The notes: a model not told the origin generated them from the sequence alone. Numbered from the stretch's first letter, positions 29,946-40,932 are shown. The stretch is DNA of 64,000 nt from Pedobacter schmidteae (GCA_945901155.1 CAMDKO010000003.1:848-64847); one strand, 5' to 3'. Made by a program: numbers and translations.

Positions 29946-32131
29946 TAATTTCCTAGCTCCGATAAAAATTTAATACGCATTAATTGCAACTCTTCGCGAG
30001 TGTAATCATCAGTTCCAAGCTCCAAAAGTGCATCCTCAATTGAGTCGGTTTCTGTTGACCTAAAATAATCAAAAACCTCATCCTGCCTGTCCTCTTCAAT
30101 CAACTCATCAATATAATAATTGAGATTAAGTTTTGTGCCAGAGTTTACGATGGTTTCAAGTTCCTTTAATATTTCATCGTATGAGATTCCTTTGGCAGAT
30201 GCAATATCCTCCAGAGAAATCTGACGATCTATATTTTGAATAATGGATACTTTAAGAGCTGATTTATTTGCTGCACTTTTGATAACCAGATCTACCGGTC
30301 GGTCAATATCATTTTCATCAACATATTTTTTTATAAGTTCGATAAAGGGAAGGCCGAATTTCGACGCCTTTCCAGATCCTACTCCCTGTATCTGTTTGAG
30401 TTCATCAATAGAAATAGGATAATGAGTACACATTTCATCTAACGAAGGATCCTGAAATATTACAAATGGTGGCAGATTCTTTTGTTTGGCAATCTTTTTC
30501 CTTAGATCTTTCAGCATTTGAAGCAAGAGTGTATCCAAAGCTCCGCTTTGTTGCTGGGCCTCTTCTACCTCATCTTCAGCCACATCCATCAGATAATTAA
30601 GTATAAACTTAATTGAGTATGGATTTTCTATAAATGAATTTCCAGATTTAGTCAGTTTTAAAAGACCATAATTATCAATGTCTTTTTGAACAAAATTATG
30701 CAGAACTATCTGTCGCATTAAAGATTTCCAAAGTATCTCACCATCTTCTTTGCCAGATCCAAAAACATCTAATTTGCTATGCTCATACGATGCAACCAGG
30801 GAATTTTCAATACCCAACATGATATTTATGACATATTGATCATCAAACTTTTCACCCAGATCCCGTATCAAGGTTAAAGCCTTTAGCAAAGGAGCCTCTG
30901 CATCAAAATATTTTTTAGGATGACGGCAATTATCACACATACTATTGCATCCAGTTTCATTAAAATTCTCACCAAAATAATGGAGTATCTGTTTACGCCT
31001 ACAAACAGATGATTCAGCATAGTCGATAACTTCTTTTAGAATTTGAGTGCCTATTTCTCTTTCTGAAACAGGTTTGTCTTTCATAAACTTGGTTAACTTG
31101 TCAATATCTTTTTGTGAATAGAAGGCCAGGCAGATACCCTCACCACCATCACGACCAGATCGTCCTGTTTCTTGATAATATCCCTCCATACTTTTTGGGA
31201 TATCATGATGGATAACATAACGAACATCAGGCTTATCAATACCCATTCCAAAAGCAATAGTTGCAACGATTACATCAACGTCTTCCATCAAGAAGTTATC
31301 CTGTGTTTCAGCGCGGGTTTTAGGATCCAGACCTGCATGATATGGCAGCGCTTTTATTCCATTAAGCTTCAATGCTTCAGCAACTTCTTCGACCTTTTTA
31401 CGGCTCAGGCAGTAAACGATTCCTGATTTTCCTGAATTCAACTTAGCATATCTAACAATTTCTTTAATTACATCACGCTTTGCCCTTACTTCATAAAATA
31501 AATTAGGTCTGTTAAATGAGGATTTAAAAAGAGAGGCCTTATTCATTTGCAGGTTTTTTTGAATATCCTGCTGTACTTTAGGTGTGGCTGTAGCCGTTAA
31601 TGCAATAATTGGAATATTTTCGCCAATATTATCGATTACCTGACGTATTCTACGATATTCCGGCCTGAAATCATGCCCCCATTCTGAAATACAATGAGCT
31701 TCATCAACAGCTACAAAAGATATTGAAATACCTCTCAAAAAATCTACATTTTCTGACTTTGTTAATGACTCAGGTGCTACATAAAGTAATTTGGTTAGTC
31801 CATTTTTTACATCTTCTTTTACATTGGTAATTTCAGACTTATTGAGTGATGAATTGAGAAAATGGGCAATACTATCTGTTCCGCCAAAAGCTCTTAATTG
31901 GTCTACCTGATTTTTCATTAAGGCAATCAGTGGCGAAATAACAATTGCTGTACCTTCGCTCATTAAGGCTGGAAGTTGATAACAAATTGATTTCCCGCCA
32001 CCTGTTGGCATGATAACAAATGTATCTTTCTTTTGAAGTATGCTGGTTATAATAGCTTCCTGATCACCTTTAAAGTTATCGAAGCCGAAAAAATTCTGTA
32101 AATTATCGAATAAAGATTTGTTTATTTCCAT
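29945..32131 (-). CDS. recQ: ATP-dependent DNA helicase RecQ
   Basis: MPTGGGKS, DEAHCISEWGHDFRP, YYQETGRSGRDG, Zn-binding CRR...CDNC and HRDC domain; stop overlaps the kdsA start (TAATG). Confidence 0.97.
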   Translation of the reverse strand: MEINKSLFDNLQNFFGFDNFKGDQEAIITSILQKKDTFVIMPTGGGKSICYQLPALMSEGTAIVISPLIALMKNQVDQLRAFGGTDSIAHFLNSSLNKSEITNVKEDVKNGLTKLLYVAPESLTKSENVDFLRGISISFVAVDEAHCISEWGHDFRPEYRRIRQVIDNIGENIPIIALTATATPKVQQDIQKNLQMNKASLFKSSFNRPNLFYEVRAKRDVIKEIVRYAKLNSGKSGIVYCLSRKKVEEVAEALKLNGIKALPYHAGLDPKTRAETQDNFLMEDVDVIVATIAFGMGIDKPDVRYVIHHDIPKSMEGYYQETGRSGRDGGEGICLAFYSQKDIDKLTKFMKDKPVSEREIGTQILKEVIDYAESSVCRRKQILHYFGENFNETGCNSMCDNCRHPKKYFDAEAPLLKALTLIRDLGEKFDDQYVINIMLGIENSLVASYEHSKLDVFGSGKEDGEILWKSLMRQIVLHNFVQKDIDNYGLLKLTKSGNSFIENPYSIKFILNYLMDVAEDEVEEAQQQSGALDTLLLQMLKDLRKKIAKQKNLPPFVIFQDPSLDEMCTHYPISIDELKQIQGVGSGKASKFGLPFIELIKKYVDENDIDRPVDLVIKSAANKSALKVSIIQNIDRQISLEDIASAKGISYDEILKELETIVNSGTKLNLNYYIDELIEEDRQDEVFDYFRSTETDSIEDALLELGTDDYTREELQLMRIKFLSELGN

Positions 32132-32223
32132 TATATAACTGGAAAAAATTGAAAATTGGTCATAATAATATTCAAAATAACATATTTTTGCGATTAATAT
32201 TTATTTATTTTAAAAAAACTAAA

Positions 32224-33189
32224 TTGAAAAATAACGTTGAAATATTAGAAATAGCACGACAAACTCTTCAAACTGAAGCAGAAGGTATAAGAAGTATTTC
32301 AAGAAATTTAAACGCTGATTTTTCAGAAATAGTATATCAAATTTTGTACCTAAAAACCCGTGTTATAATAACCGGGATTGGAAAAAGTGGAATAATTGCT
32401 CAAAAGATCGTTGCTACTTTTAATTCTACAGGAACTCCAGCAATATTCATGCATGCGGCAGATGCCATTCACGGCGATCTGGGCATGATTCAGCAAAATG
32501 ATCTGGTCATTTGTATTTCAAAAAGTGGAAATACCCCCGAGATCAAGGTACTTGTGCCATTATTAAAACAAGGTGGAAATAAACTTGTCGCAATGGCAGG
32601 TGATAAGGATTCCTTTCTGGCAAAACAAGCTGATTGGTTACTCGATACAACGATTGATCATGAAGCATGTCCACATAATCTTGCTCCAACTACCAGTACC
32701 ACAGCTCAATTGGCTATGGGTGACGCTTTGGCAGTATGTTTACTTGAGTGTCGTGAATTTAGTAGTGCTGATTTTGCCAAATATCATCCGGGAGGTTCTT
32801 TAGGGAAACGTTTATATTTAACTGTTGGCGACCTGGCTGCACAAAATGAAAAATCCTTTGTGTCTTCACATGCAACAGTAAAAGAAGTGATCATTGAAAT
32901 CACCAGAAACAGACTTGGTGCGGTAGCAGTTGTAGATGAAGGAAAACTAAACGGAATAATTACAGACGGTGATATTCGTAGAATGCTGAATAATAATAGC
33001 ACAATTGATGGGCTAATAGCCGCTAACATTATGACTAAATCGCCCAAATACATCGATAAAAACGAACTTGCCGTTAACGCACTTGAAATATTACGCGTTA
33101 ATAATATTACCCAGATACTTGTAGGCACAGAAAGCAAGTTTGAAGGTTTTATCCATCTTCATGATCTTTTGAAAGAAGGAATTATTTAA
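32224..33189 (+). CDS. kdsD: KpsF/GutQ arabinose-5-phosphate isomerase (SIS + CBS)
   Basis: TGIGKSG, DAIHGDLG, SKSGNT, EACPHNLAPTTST and HPGGSLG motifs. Start moved to TTG 32224, downstream of TATTTTTG (32183-32190). Confidence 0.92.
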   Translation: MKNNVEILEIARQTLQTEAEGIRSISRNLNADFSEIVYQILYLKTRVIITGIGKSGIIAQKIVATFNSTGTPAIFMHAADAIHGDLGMIQQNDLVICISKSGNTPEIKVLVPLLKQGGNKLVAMAGDKDSFLAKQADWLLDTTIDHEACPHNLAPTTSTTAQLAMGDALAVCLLECREFSSADFAKYHPGGSLGKRLYLTVGDLAAQNEKSFVSSHATVKEVIIEITRNRLGAVAVVDEGKLNGIITDGDIRRMLNNNSTIDGLIAANIMTKSPKYIDKNELAVNALEILRVNNITQILVGTESKFEGFIHLHDLLKEGII

Positions 33190-33200
33190 GTTTAAAAAGC

Positions 33201-34283
33201 ATGAAAAATTATTACGTCCTGATAATGGCGGGTGGTATTGGCAGCAGATTTTGGCCATTAAGCCGTATAGCATATCCAAAACAGTTTCTTGATATATTAG
33301 GAACTGGAAAAACTCTGATCCAGCAAACTTATGATCGTTTTTTAAAGATCGTACCTCAAGAAAATATTTTCATTTTAACAAATGAAAACTATAAAGATCT
33401 AGTTAAAGAGCAATTAACCGGAATTAATGAAGAACAAATTCTGGCTGAACCTATTATGCGTAATACGGCACCATGCATAGCATATGGAAGTCATAAAATA
33501 TTGAAAATAAATCCAAATGCATCAATTGTTGTAGCTCCATCTGATCATTTGATCATGGACTCAGATGAGTTCACACGTTGCATTAAAAAATCTCTTGATG
33601 CTGCACTTGAAAATGATTGCTTAATCACTCTTGGAATTAAACCATCGAGACCTGATACCGGATATGGATACATCCAATACAATACAAAAAAGATTGGAGA
33701 AGATTTTTTCAAAGTTAAGACCTTCACAGAAAAACCAAATGTTGAATTAGCAAAAACATTTGTGCAAAGTGGCGATTTTCTCTGGAATGCTGGAATTTTT
33801 GTCTGGTCTGCAAAAAATATACTGAAATCTTTTGAAAAATACCTCCCCGAAATGAATGACATATTCAAAGAAGGAGAAATGTCTTATAATACTCCTCAAG
33901 AACAGGAATTCATACAATCTGCATTCTCACAATGCACGAATATTTCAATTGATTACGGAATTATGGAGAAAGCAGACAATGTCTATGTTTTACCAACTGA
34001 ATTTGGATGGTCAGACTTAGGCACCTGGGCTTCAATCTACGACCTATCTGAAAAGGATTATGTAGGAAATGTAGTAATACCTTCAGAAAGAGTAATCATG
34101 TATGATTCTTCTAATTGCATGGTCAATGTTCCAAAAGAGAAACTAGTAGTACTTCAAGGCTTACATGATTTCATAGTAATTGAAGATAACAATTCTCTAT
34201 TGGTCTGTCCAAGAGAACGGGAACAGGAAATCAAGCAAATTGTAGCTGATGTAAAACAGCGATTCGGCAGCGAATTTATTTAG
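33201..34283 (+). CDS. manC: Mannose-1-phosphate guanylyltransferase
   Basis: MAGGIGSRFWPLSR, PKQF, RNTAP, PSDH, FTEKP, WNAG, SIDYGIME and WSDLG motifs. Confidence 0.94.
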   Translation: MKNYYVLIMAGGIGSRFWPLSRIAYPKQFLDILGTGKTLIQQTYDRFLKIVPQENIFILTNENYKDLVKEQLTGINEEQILAEPIMRNTAPCIAYGSHKILKINPNASIVVAPSDHLIMDSDEFTRCIKKSLDAALENDCLITLGIKPSRPDTGYGYIQYNTKKIGEDFFKVKTFTEKPNVELAKTFVQSGDFLWNAGIFVWSAKNILKSFEKYLPEMNDIFKEGEMSYNTPQEQEFIQSAFSQCTNISIDYGIMEKADNVYVLPTEFGWSDLGTWASIYDLSEKDYVGNVVIPSERVIMYDSSNCMVNVPKEKLVVLQGLHDFIVIEDNNSLLVCPREREQEIKQIVADVKQRFGSEFI

Positions 34284-35061
34284 CAGACATTTTTTGTCTT
34301 ACGGCTTCATATAACAATATACCTGCTGAAACCGAAACATTTAACGACTCGATTTCACCATACATTGGAATTTTAGCTAAATGGTCTGCAACACGGATCA
34401 GATCCATTGAAATCCCTGTTTCTTCAGAACCCATTATAATAGCAGTAGGAACAGTATAATCTGGCTGATAGAGGTAATCATTTGTTTTTTCTGTACATGC
34501 TACTAATTGTAAGCCTGATTCCTGTAGAAATTTTGCAGTTTTTAAGAGACTATCATGCCTACAAACCGGGATTTTATAAAGGGCTCCAGCAGATGTTTTA
34601 ATTGCATCAGGATTTATTTGTGCAGAACCTTTTGCCGGAACTATAATCGCATGTACTCCTGCACATTCTGCGGTCCTAGCAATAGCCCCAAAATTACGTA
34701 CATCAGTGATACCATCTAATATCAAAATCAAAGGAACCTCTCCTTTTTCATAAATCAATGGTATAATATCTTCTATCTTATCATAACTAATTGGTGAAAT
34801 AAAAGCAACAGCACCTTGATGATTCTTTGTAGTTAGCCGGTTAAGTTTTTCTATCGGAACCAGTTGAAAACCAATCTCCTGATCTTTTAACAAACCACGT
34901 AATTCAAGAATTATTCCTCCCGTTAGTCCTCTTTGTAAAAAAAGATTTTCAATCTCTTTACCACTTTTAATTGCCTCAATGATTGCACGAATTCCAAATA
35001 CCATCTGATTTGATTCATGTGTTTCAAACTCACGTTTTCGTTTAAAAGGGCTACCGTTCAT
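34276..35061 (-). CDS. rlmB: 23S rRNA (guanosine-2'-O)-methyltransferase RlmB
   Basis: NHQG, LDGITDVRNFGAIART, MGSEETG and SLNVSVSAG SPOUT motifs. Confidence 0.94.
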   Translation of the reverse strand: MNGSPFKRKREFETHESNQMVFGIRAIIEAIKSGKEIENLFLQRGLTGGIILELRGLLKDQEIGFQLVPIEKLNRLTTKNHQGAVAFISPISYDKIEDIIPLIYEKGEVPLILILDGITDVRNFGAIARTAECAGVHAIIVPAKGSAQINPDAIKTSAGALYKIPVCRHDSLLKTAKFLQESGLQLVACTEKTNDYLYQPDYTVPTAIIMGSEETGISMDLIRVADHLAKIPMYGEIESLNVSVSAGILLYEAVRQKMSAK

Positions 35062-35332
35062 CTATACTTATTGTTTATTTGGCAAGTTAGATATAATTTC
35101 CCTTTTCATGGAAATAAGTAGGTTTATTAGATTAAAAACTTAGTTTATCAACATCAAAAAAATTTATTAACACTATGTTAAAACCTATTTAAAACAAGAT
35201 TTTATTGGATATGCACAATAAATAAAAAATTTATGTTAATAAAACATGTGATTTAATGAGGTCTATACAATATTGCATTATAAACTAAATTAAATTGTGA
35301 AAAACTTAAACATTTCTGCTCCGTTTTTTGTA

Positions 35333-35340
35333 TACTTTTG
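35333..35340 (+). promoter_or_regulatory. -7 promoter element of dnaB
   Basis: TACTTTTG, ending 5 nt before ATG 35346. Confidence 0.6.
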
Positions 35341-35345
35341 TTATT

Positions 35346-36911
35346 ATGAGTTTAGAAAAAGATCAAGAATACAATAAAAGCAATAAAAATACTTTTTCTG
35401 CTGAGCGAAGGAACAAACTAAGCAACATGGCAAGTGGGCTAGGTAAACTTCCCCCTCAGGCATTAGATCTTGAAGAAGCTGTACTTGGTGCACTAATGCT
35501 TGAAAAAGATGCACTCTCTGCTGTTATTGACATCTTAAAACCTGATGTGTTTTACAAAGATAGTCATCAAAAAATTTTCGAAGCCATTCAGATTCTTTTC
35601 CAAAAGTCATCTCCTATTGATATACTAACAGTAACTGCCCAATTACGTCAACAGGGCGAACTAGAAATGATTGGTGGAGCATATTATATCACTGAGCTAA
35701 CAAACCGTGTTGCCTCTGCGGCAAATATTGAATACCATGCCCGAATTATTTCTCAAAAATTCATTCAGCGTGAACTAATTCGTATCTCTACCGAAATAAT
35801 TACCAATGCCTATGAGGATACAACTGACATTTTCGATCTTCTCGATCATGCAGAAAAGAACCTTTTTGAAATTGCTCAAAATAATCTTCGTAGAGATTCT
35901 CGAAAAATGGATGAGATTATTCGTGAATCATTAGAGAATCTGGAAAAAATTAAAGATAAAGTAGATGGATTGACAGGTGTAGCATCCGGATTTACTGCTC
36001 TTGACAGAATTACCTCAGGATGGCAGCCATCAGATCTTGTTATTATTGCGGCAAGACCTGCCATGGGTAAAACTGCATTTGTACTGAGTTGTGCAAGAAA
36101 TGCAGCAGTACAATTTAATAAACCTGTGGTCTTTTTTTCTTTAGAGATGTCATCTGTACAGCTTGTAAATCGTTTGATTTCAGGTGAAACAGAAATAGAA
36201 CAAGAAAAAATTAGAAAAGGTCATCTGGCAGAATGGGAATGGCAGCAGCTTCATTCTAAGATAGGCAAACTAACTGAGGCTCCCTTATTTATTGACGATA
36301 CACCAGCTTTAAATATATTTGAATTCAGAGCTAAGTGCAGGCGTTTAAAAGCACAATACGATATTCAAATGATCATTATCGATTACCTACAGCTCATGCA
36401 CGGCAAAAGTGATGGTAAAAGTGGTAATCGTGAACAAGAAATAGGTAGTATATCCAGAGCATTAAAGTCAGTTGCTAAAGAACTAAATGTACCCGTAATA
36501 GCTCTTTCCCAGTTAAGCCGGGCAGTAGAAAACCGCCCTGGTGGAAGTAAAAAGCCAATGCTTTCTGATCTAAGGGAATCTGGTTCTATTGAACAAGATG
36601 CAGATATGGTTTTATTCCTATATCGCCCTGAATATTATGGTCTTACAGAAGATGAAAATGGACGCTCTACCATTGGAATAGGTGAAGTAATTATTGCCAA
36701 GCACAGAAACGGTGAAACTGGCACGGTTCCACTTCGATTTATTGGAAAATTTGTGAAATTCGTAGATCTTGAAGAAGATTTCAGCAGCCCTTCAGGAAAT
36801 AACCCTAATCCATTTGCTGGAATTTCACCTTCACAAGACTTTGAGAAACCCAACAACTTCATTATTCGTCCATCCAGAATGGACGACATAGATGAAGAAC
36901 CACTCTTTTAA
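35346..36911 (+). CDS. dnaB: Replicative DNA helicase
   Basis: LPPQALDLE, AARPAMGKT, SLEM, IDYLQL, LSQLSR and DLRESGSIEQDAD motifs; start at ATG 35346. Confidence 0.97.
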   Translation: MSLEKDQEYNKSNKNTFSAERRNKLSNMASGLGKLPPQALDLEEAVLGALMLEKDALSAVIDILKPDVFYKDSHQKIFEAIQILFQKSSPIDILTVTAQLRQQGELEMIGGAYYITELTNRVASAANIEYHARIISQKFIQRELIRISTEIITNAYEDTTDIFDLLDHAEKNLFEIAQNNLRRDSRKMDEIIRESLENLEKIKDKVDGLTGVASGFTALDRITSGWQPSDLVIIAARPAMGKTAFVLSCARNAAVQFNKPVVFFSLEMSSVQLVNRLISGETEIEQEKIRKGHLAEWEWQQLHSKIGKLTEAPLFIDDTPALNIFEFRAKCRRLKAQYDIQMIIIDYLQLMHGKSDGKSGNREQEIGSISRALKSVAKELNVPVIALSQLSRAVENRPGGSKKPMLSDLRESGSIEQDADMVLFLYRPEYYGLTEDENGRSTIGIGEVIIAKHRNGETGTVPLRFIGKFVKFVDLEEDFSSPSGNNPNPFAGISPSQDFEKPNNFIIRPSRMDDIDEEPLF

Positions 36912-36939
36912 TCACTGATACTCTGAGTAATTATTTTTA

Positions 36940-38142
36940 TTAAATAAACAGCCCCAGTAAAACTCCTGCTAGAATTAATATTGGTGTTTTGATCCTGGTA
37001 AAAACCAATAGTAGAAAAGTCATTATAATCAAACCGATTGATAAGAAGTTTATTCCCACAGGCTGTAATAAAAAAAGAAATGCAGCACCCATAAAGCCAA
37101 CAGAAACTGCATTAATACCTATAAGAGAATTTTTAATCCGGGTTATCTTTTTCAGATCATTCCAGAAAGGAACAATAAAAAGAATGAGGATTAACCCCGG
37201 CAAATTGATTCCCAAAACTGCAATAATACTACCCATTATTTGCCCATAAATGTTAAATCCTGCATTTTTCAGAGTCATGCCACCAACAAATGAGGTAAAT
37301 GAAAAGGTTGGACCCGGTAAAGCCTGTTGAAAGGCGTATCCTGATAAAAACTGATCTGAATTAAGATATCCCTTCATCTCTACAAATTCGGTATACATAA
37401 AAGGGACAAGTACCTGTCCGCCACCAAATATCATAATGCCGTTGCGATAAAAATTTTCGAATAAACGAATCGGCAAACTAAATGGAGATGTACGATTTAT
37501 AAGTGCGCCTAATCCTGCAAAAAGTAATAATACACCTAAAAAATAGGCTATTTTGCGAGGGTTAATATTGGAAAAAAGCTTAAATCTGAGGTTATTTTCT
37601 TCAATTGCTGTTTCAACAGTTGATGAAACAATCCCTCCTATAAGAATCAATATTGGGAAAGCATATGCATTTCTAATAAGCAAAGTAGCGAATAGAGATC
37701 CAGCAGCAAGCCAAATTGATGTAGTTGATTTTAAAATTGTGCGACCAAATGAGAATGCAGCATAAGCTACAATTCCAACTGCAATAGGTTGAATAAACTC
37801 CAAAATAGCAACAAATTTCTGTTTCTGACCTAATAAAGTGTAGCTCAGTACTGCCAAAGTCATCAGTGCCGCTGATGGCAATATCCAAATAAAAAATGCA
37901 CTTATTGCCATCGTTAAACCGCCCACTTTATATGCAATACCAACAAGAGTTTGGGTTGAAGATGGACCCGGAAGAATCTGAGTTAAAGCATTCAACTCTA
38001 GTAGTTCAGTTTCAGAAATATATTTACGTTTATTAACGAAATTTTTGAGCATCATGCCAACATGAGCTTGTGCTCCTCCGAATGCAGTAAGGGTAAACCA
38101 AATTACATCATATAAAAAAATAAGTTGGCGCTTACTCCACAT
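36940..38142 (-). CDS. chrA: Chromate efflux (CHR) family transporter
   Basis: Duplicated AFGG / FGGG and LPGP motifs, multiple TM helices. Confidence 0.88.
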   Translation of the reverse strand: MWSKRQLIFLYDVIWFTLTAFGGAQAHVGMMLKNFVNKRKYISETELLELNALTQILPGPSSTQTLVGIAYKVGGLTMAISAFFIWILPSAALMTLAVLSYTLLGQKQKFVAILEFIQPIAVGIVAYAAFSFGRTILKSTTSIWLAAGSLFATLLIRNAYAFPILILIGGIVSSTVETAIEENNLRFKLFSNINPRKIAYFLGVLLLFAGLGALINRTSPFSLPIRLFENFYRNGIMIFGGGQVLVPFMYTEFVEMKGYLNSDQFLSGYAFQQALPGPTFSFTSFVGGMTLKNAGFNIYGQIMGSIIAVLGINLPGLILILFIVPFWNDLKKITRIKNSLIGINAVSVGFMGAAFLFLLQPVGINFLSIGLIIMTFLLLVFTRIKTPILILAGVLLGLFI

Positions 38143-38147
38143 CGTAT

Positions 38148-38483
38148 TTAATCGTCTTCATAATCTAAACCAGAGGCTGAATTGAAAACTGTCTGTAATT
38201 CAGAGTAAGCATGATTATCACCAGCCTTTCTTGCTATTTCCATTCCCCTTTGATAAACAAAAATAGCTTCCGATTTCCTGTCAAGCCGCTCAAATAATTT
38301 ACCTGCGTGGTAGTAAGTTCCAACATAATCAGGATGTTTTTTTAAGAGATCTTCAAAATAAAAAAGAGCCTTTTGCACATCATTCTGACTCAAATATTCT
38401 GTTGCCAGTGCATATTTTAAAAAAGGATCATCAGGCTCATTTTTTAGAAAATCCAGAAGCTTTTGTAAACGTATATGATACAT
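38148..38483 (-). CDS. Small tetratricopeptide repeat protein
   Basis: PDDPFLKYALATEY and YVGTYYHAGKL TPR pattern. Confidence 0.85.
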   Translation of the reverse strand: MYHIRLQKLLDFLKNEPDDPFLKYALATEYLSQNDVQKALFYFEDLLKKHPDYVGTYYHAGKLFERLDRKSEAIFVYQRGMEIARKAGDNHAYSELQTVFNSASGLDYEDD

Positions 38484-38503
38484 TATATTTTATCTTTTTT
38501 AAG

Positions 38504-38511
38504 TAGATTTG
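38504..38511 (+). promoter_or_regulatory. -7 promoter element of etfBA
   Basis: TAGATTTG, 17 nt before ATG 38529. Confidence 0.6.
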
Positions 38512-38528
38512 TAAAAAGAGAAATCTAT

Positions 38529-39266
38529 ATGAAAATATTAGTTTGTGTCAGTAATGTCCCCGATACAACAGCAAAAATAATGTTTAACAGCGATAATACA
38601 CAATTCAATACTGCAGGTGTTCAATTTATATTAAACCCCTATGATGAAATTGCTTTAGCAAGAGCTATTGAATTAACTGAAGGAGGTAAAGGCACAGTAA
38701 CTATTATTCATGTTGGAGAAATAAATTCTGAGCCAACAATTAGAAAAGCCCTTGCACTTGGTGCAGATGATGCTGTTCGAATCAACGCTTCAGCCAGAGA
38801 TTCTTATTTTGTATCCGCTCAAATTGCACATTATGCAAAAGATAATGGCTTTGATATCATTCTTACAGGTCGTGAATCAAGTGATTATAATGGCTCGCAG
38901 ATTGCTGCCATGCTGGGTGAATTTCTAGATATACCTTCAATTTCAATCATCAAAAAACTTGAGATTGAAGCTGACCGGGCAACTATTGTTCGTGAAATAG
39001 AAGGTGGCAAAGAACATTTAACTGTAAGTTTTCCTTTTGTAGCTAGTTGCGCAGAAGGTGTAGCTGAACCTAAAATACCAAATATGCGTGGAATAATGTC
39101 TGCTAGGACTAAACCGCTTGAAGTTGTAGATGCAATTGATATTGCTCAATTGATTACTTTCAAAGCGTATAGTGTACCGGCTTCAAGAGGTTCAGTAACG
39201 CTGCTTTCACAGGATGAACCCGAAAAACTGATTGGGCTCCTGCATACAGAAGCACAAGTAATTTAA
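38529..39266 (+). CDS. etfB: Electron transfer flavoprotein beta subunit
   Basis: MKILVCVSNVPD, NPYDE, RKALALGAD and TGRESSD motifs; start moved to ATG 38529. Confidence 0.95.
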   Translation: MKILVCVSNVPDTTAKIMFNSDNTQFNTAGVQFILNPYDEIALARAIELTEGGKGTVTIIHVGEINSEPTIRKALALGADDAVRINASARDSYFVSAQIAHYAKDNGFDIILTGRESSDYNGSQIAAMLGEFLDIPSISIIKKLEIEADRATIVREIEGGKEHLTVSFPFVASCAEGVAEPKIPNMRGIMSARTKPLEVVDAIDIAQLITFKAYSVPASRGSVTLLSQDEPEKLIGLLHTEAQVI

Positions 39267-39314
39267 TATTCAGATCAAAAATTCATAACCCTATTTAGGG
39301 CTTAACTCATAAAT

Positions 39315-40292
39315 ATGTCAGTTTTAGTATATGTTGAAAATGCAGATGGCAAATTTAAGAAATCTACTTTTGAAGTAGTTTCATACGCCGCAGCTATTGC
39401 TGAACTTTTAAAAACAGAGTTAATTGCTATTTCTATTGGCAATGTAAATCAGGATGACTTAAGCAATCTTGGTAAATATGGAGCAAAAAAGGTTCTCAAT
39501 GCAAGCACAGATAATCTAAAAACCTTTGTAAACCAGGCATATGCGTCTGTAATTGCAGAAGCAACGAAAAAAGAAGAAGCAACGGTTGTTGTTTTAGCCA
39601 ACTCCTTTACAGGCAAAGGACTTTCTCCACGTGTTGCGGTTAAACTTAAAGCAGGCCTTGTAGACGCTGCAGTTGAACTTCCAAAAACTGACAATAATAC
39701 GTTTACAGTAAAAAGGACTGCATTTTCTGGAAAAGCATTTGCTACAGTTGAATTGAATTCTGAAATAAAAGTGATTGCTTTAAATCCAAACTCTTATCAG
39801 CTTAAAGAAAGTGGATCATCAGCTAAAGTTGAAGATTTTAAACCTGATTTCAAGGAATCAGATTTTAGAACGATGGTTTCTGAAATAGTCAGGTCAAGTG
39901 ACAAAATCGCTTTACCTGATGCAGAACTAGTTGTTTCTGCTGGTCGAGGCATGAAAGGGCCTGAAAACTGGGCCATGATTGAGGAACTAGCTAAGGTACT
40001 CGGAGCAGCCACCGCTTGCTCTAAACCAGTTTCTGATGCAGGATGGCGACCACATGAAGAACATGTTGGACAGACCGGCATTGCTGTAAGTCCTAACCTT
40101 TATATTGCAATTGGCATTTCAGGTGCAATTCAGCATCTTGCAGGAGTAAGTTCTTCAAAAACAATTGTTGTTATCAATAAAGACCCGGAAGCTCCATTTT
40201 TTAAAGTTGCTGATTATGGAATTGTAGGTGATGCTTTTGAAGTTTTACCTAAACTTATCGACGCTATTAAGGCATATAAAGCTCATTCTTGA
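39315..40292 (+). CDS. etfA: Electron transfer flavoprotein alpha subunit
   Basis: VSAGRG, VGQTG and YIAIGISGAIQHLAG motifs. Confidence 0.96.
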   Translation: MSVLVYVENADGKFKKSTFEVVSYAAAIAELLKTELIAISIGNVNQDDLSNLGKYGAKKVLNASTDNLKTFVNQAYASVIAEATKKEEATVVVLANSFTGKGLSPRVAVKLKAGLVDAAVELPKTDNNTFTVKRTAFSGKAFATVELNSEIKVIALNPNSYQLKESGSSAKVEDFKPDFKESDFRTMVSEIVRSSDKIALPDAELVVSAGRGMKGPENWAMIEELAKVLGAATACSKPVSDAGWRPHEEHVGQTGIAVSPNLYIAIGISGAIQHLAGVSSSKTIVVINKDPEAPFFKVADYGIVGDAFEVLPKLIDAIKAYKAHS

Positions 40293-40335
40293 TTTTTATG
40301 AATTTATTGATTTGATAACCCAGTAGGCTTATTTT

Positions 40336-40932
40336 ATGAAAAAGATTAAACTAGATATTGTAGGCTTATCCTATAGTCAAACTCAATCGGGTGCGTATGC
40401 ACTAGTTCTGGGTGAGCTAAATGGGCGCAGAAGATTGCCAATTATAATAGGAAGTTTTGAAGCACAGGCAATTGCTATTGAAATTGAAAAAATGACTCCT
40501 AGCAGGCCTCTTACTCATGATCTATTCAAATCATTAGCTGGAAATTACAACATAAATATTCAAGAAATAATCATTTATAATCTAGTAGAAGGCATATTTT
40601 ATGCCAAATTAATTTGTTCGGATGGTAAAAAAACAAGTGAAATAGATGCAAGAACTTCTGATGCAATTGCTTTAGCAGTACGTTTTGAATGTCCTATTTA
40701 TACGTATGAATTTATCTTAGCATCTGCTGGAATTGTAATAGAAGGTAATGAATTTGTTTTCCTTGAAAATATTGAGCCACAAACTGAAGAAAAAGCAGCA
40801 AGTACCACATTAAATTATAGTTCTCTTTCTGAAGAGGAACTGAAAATCAAATTAAAAGATGCACTTGCAGACGAGGCTTATGAGAAAGCTGCAAATATTC
40901 GCGATGAACTTTCAAGGCGAAAATCTTCATGA
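40336..40932 (+). CDS. Bifunctional nuclease family protein (DUF151) with C-terminal UVR domain
   Basis: LPIIIGSFEA, RPLTHDL, DARTSDAIALA and EAYEKAANIRD motifs. Confidence 0.9.
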   Translation: MKKIKLDIVGLSYSQTQSGAYALVLGELNGRRRLPIIIGSFEAQAIAIEIEKMTPSRPLTHDLFKSLAGNYNINIQEIIIYNLVEGIFYAKLICSDGKKTSEIDARTSDAIALAVRFECPIYTYEFILASAGIVIEGNEFVFLENIEPQTEEKAASTTLNYSSLSEEELKIKLKDALADEAYEKAANIRDELSRRKSS

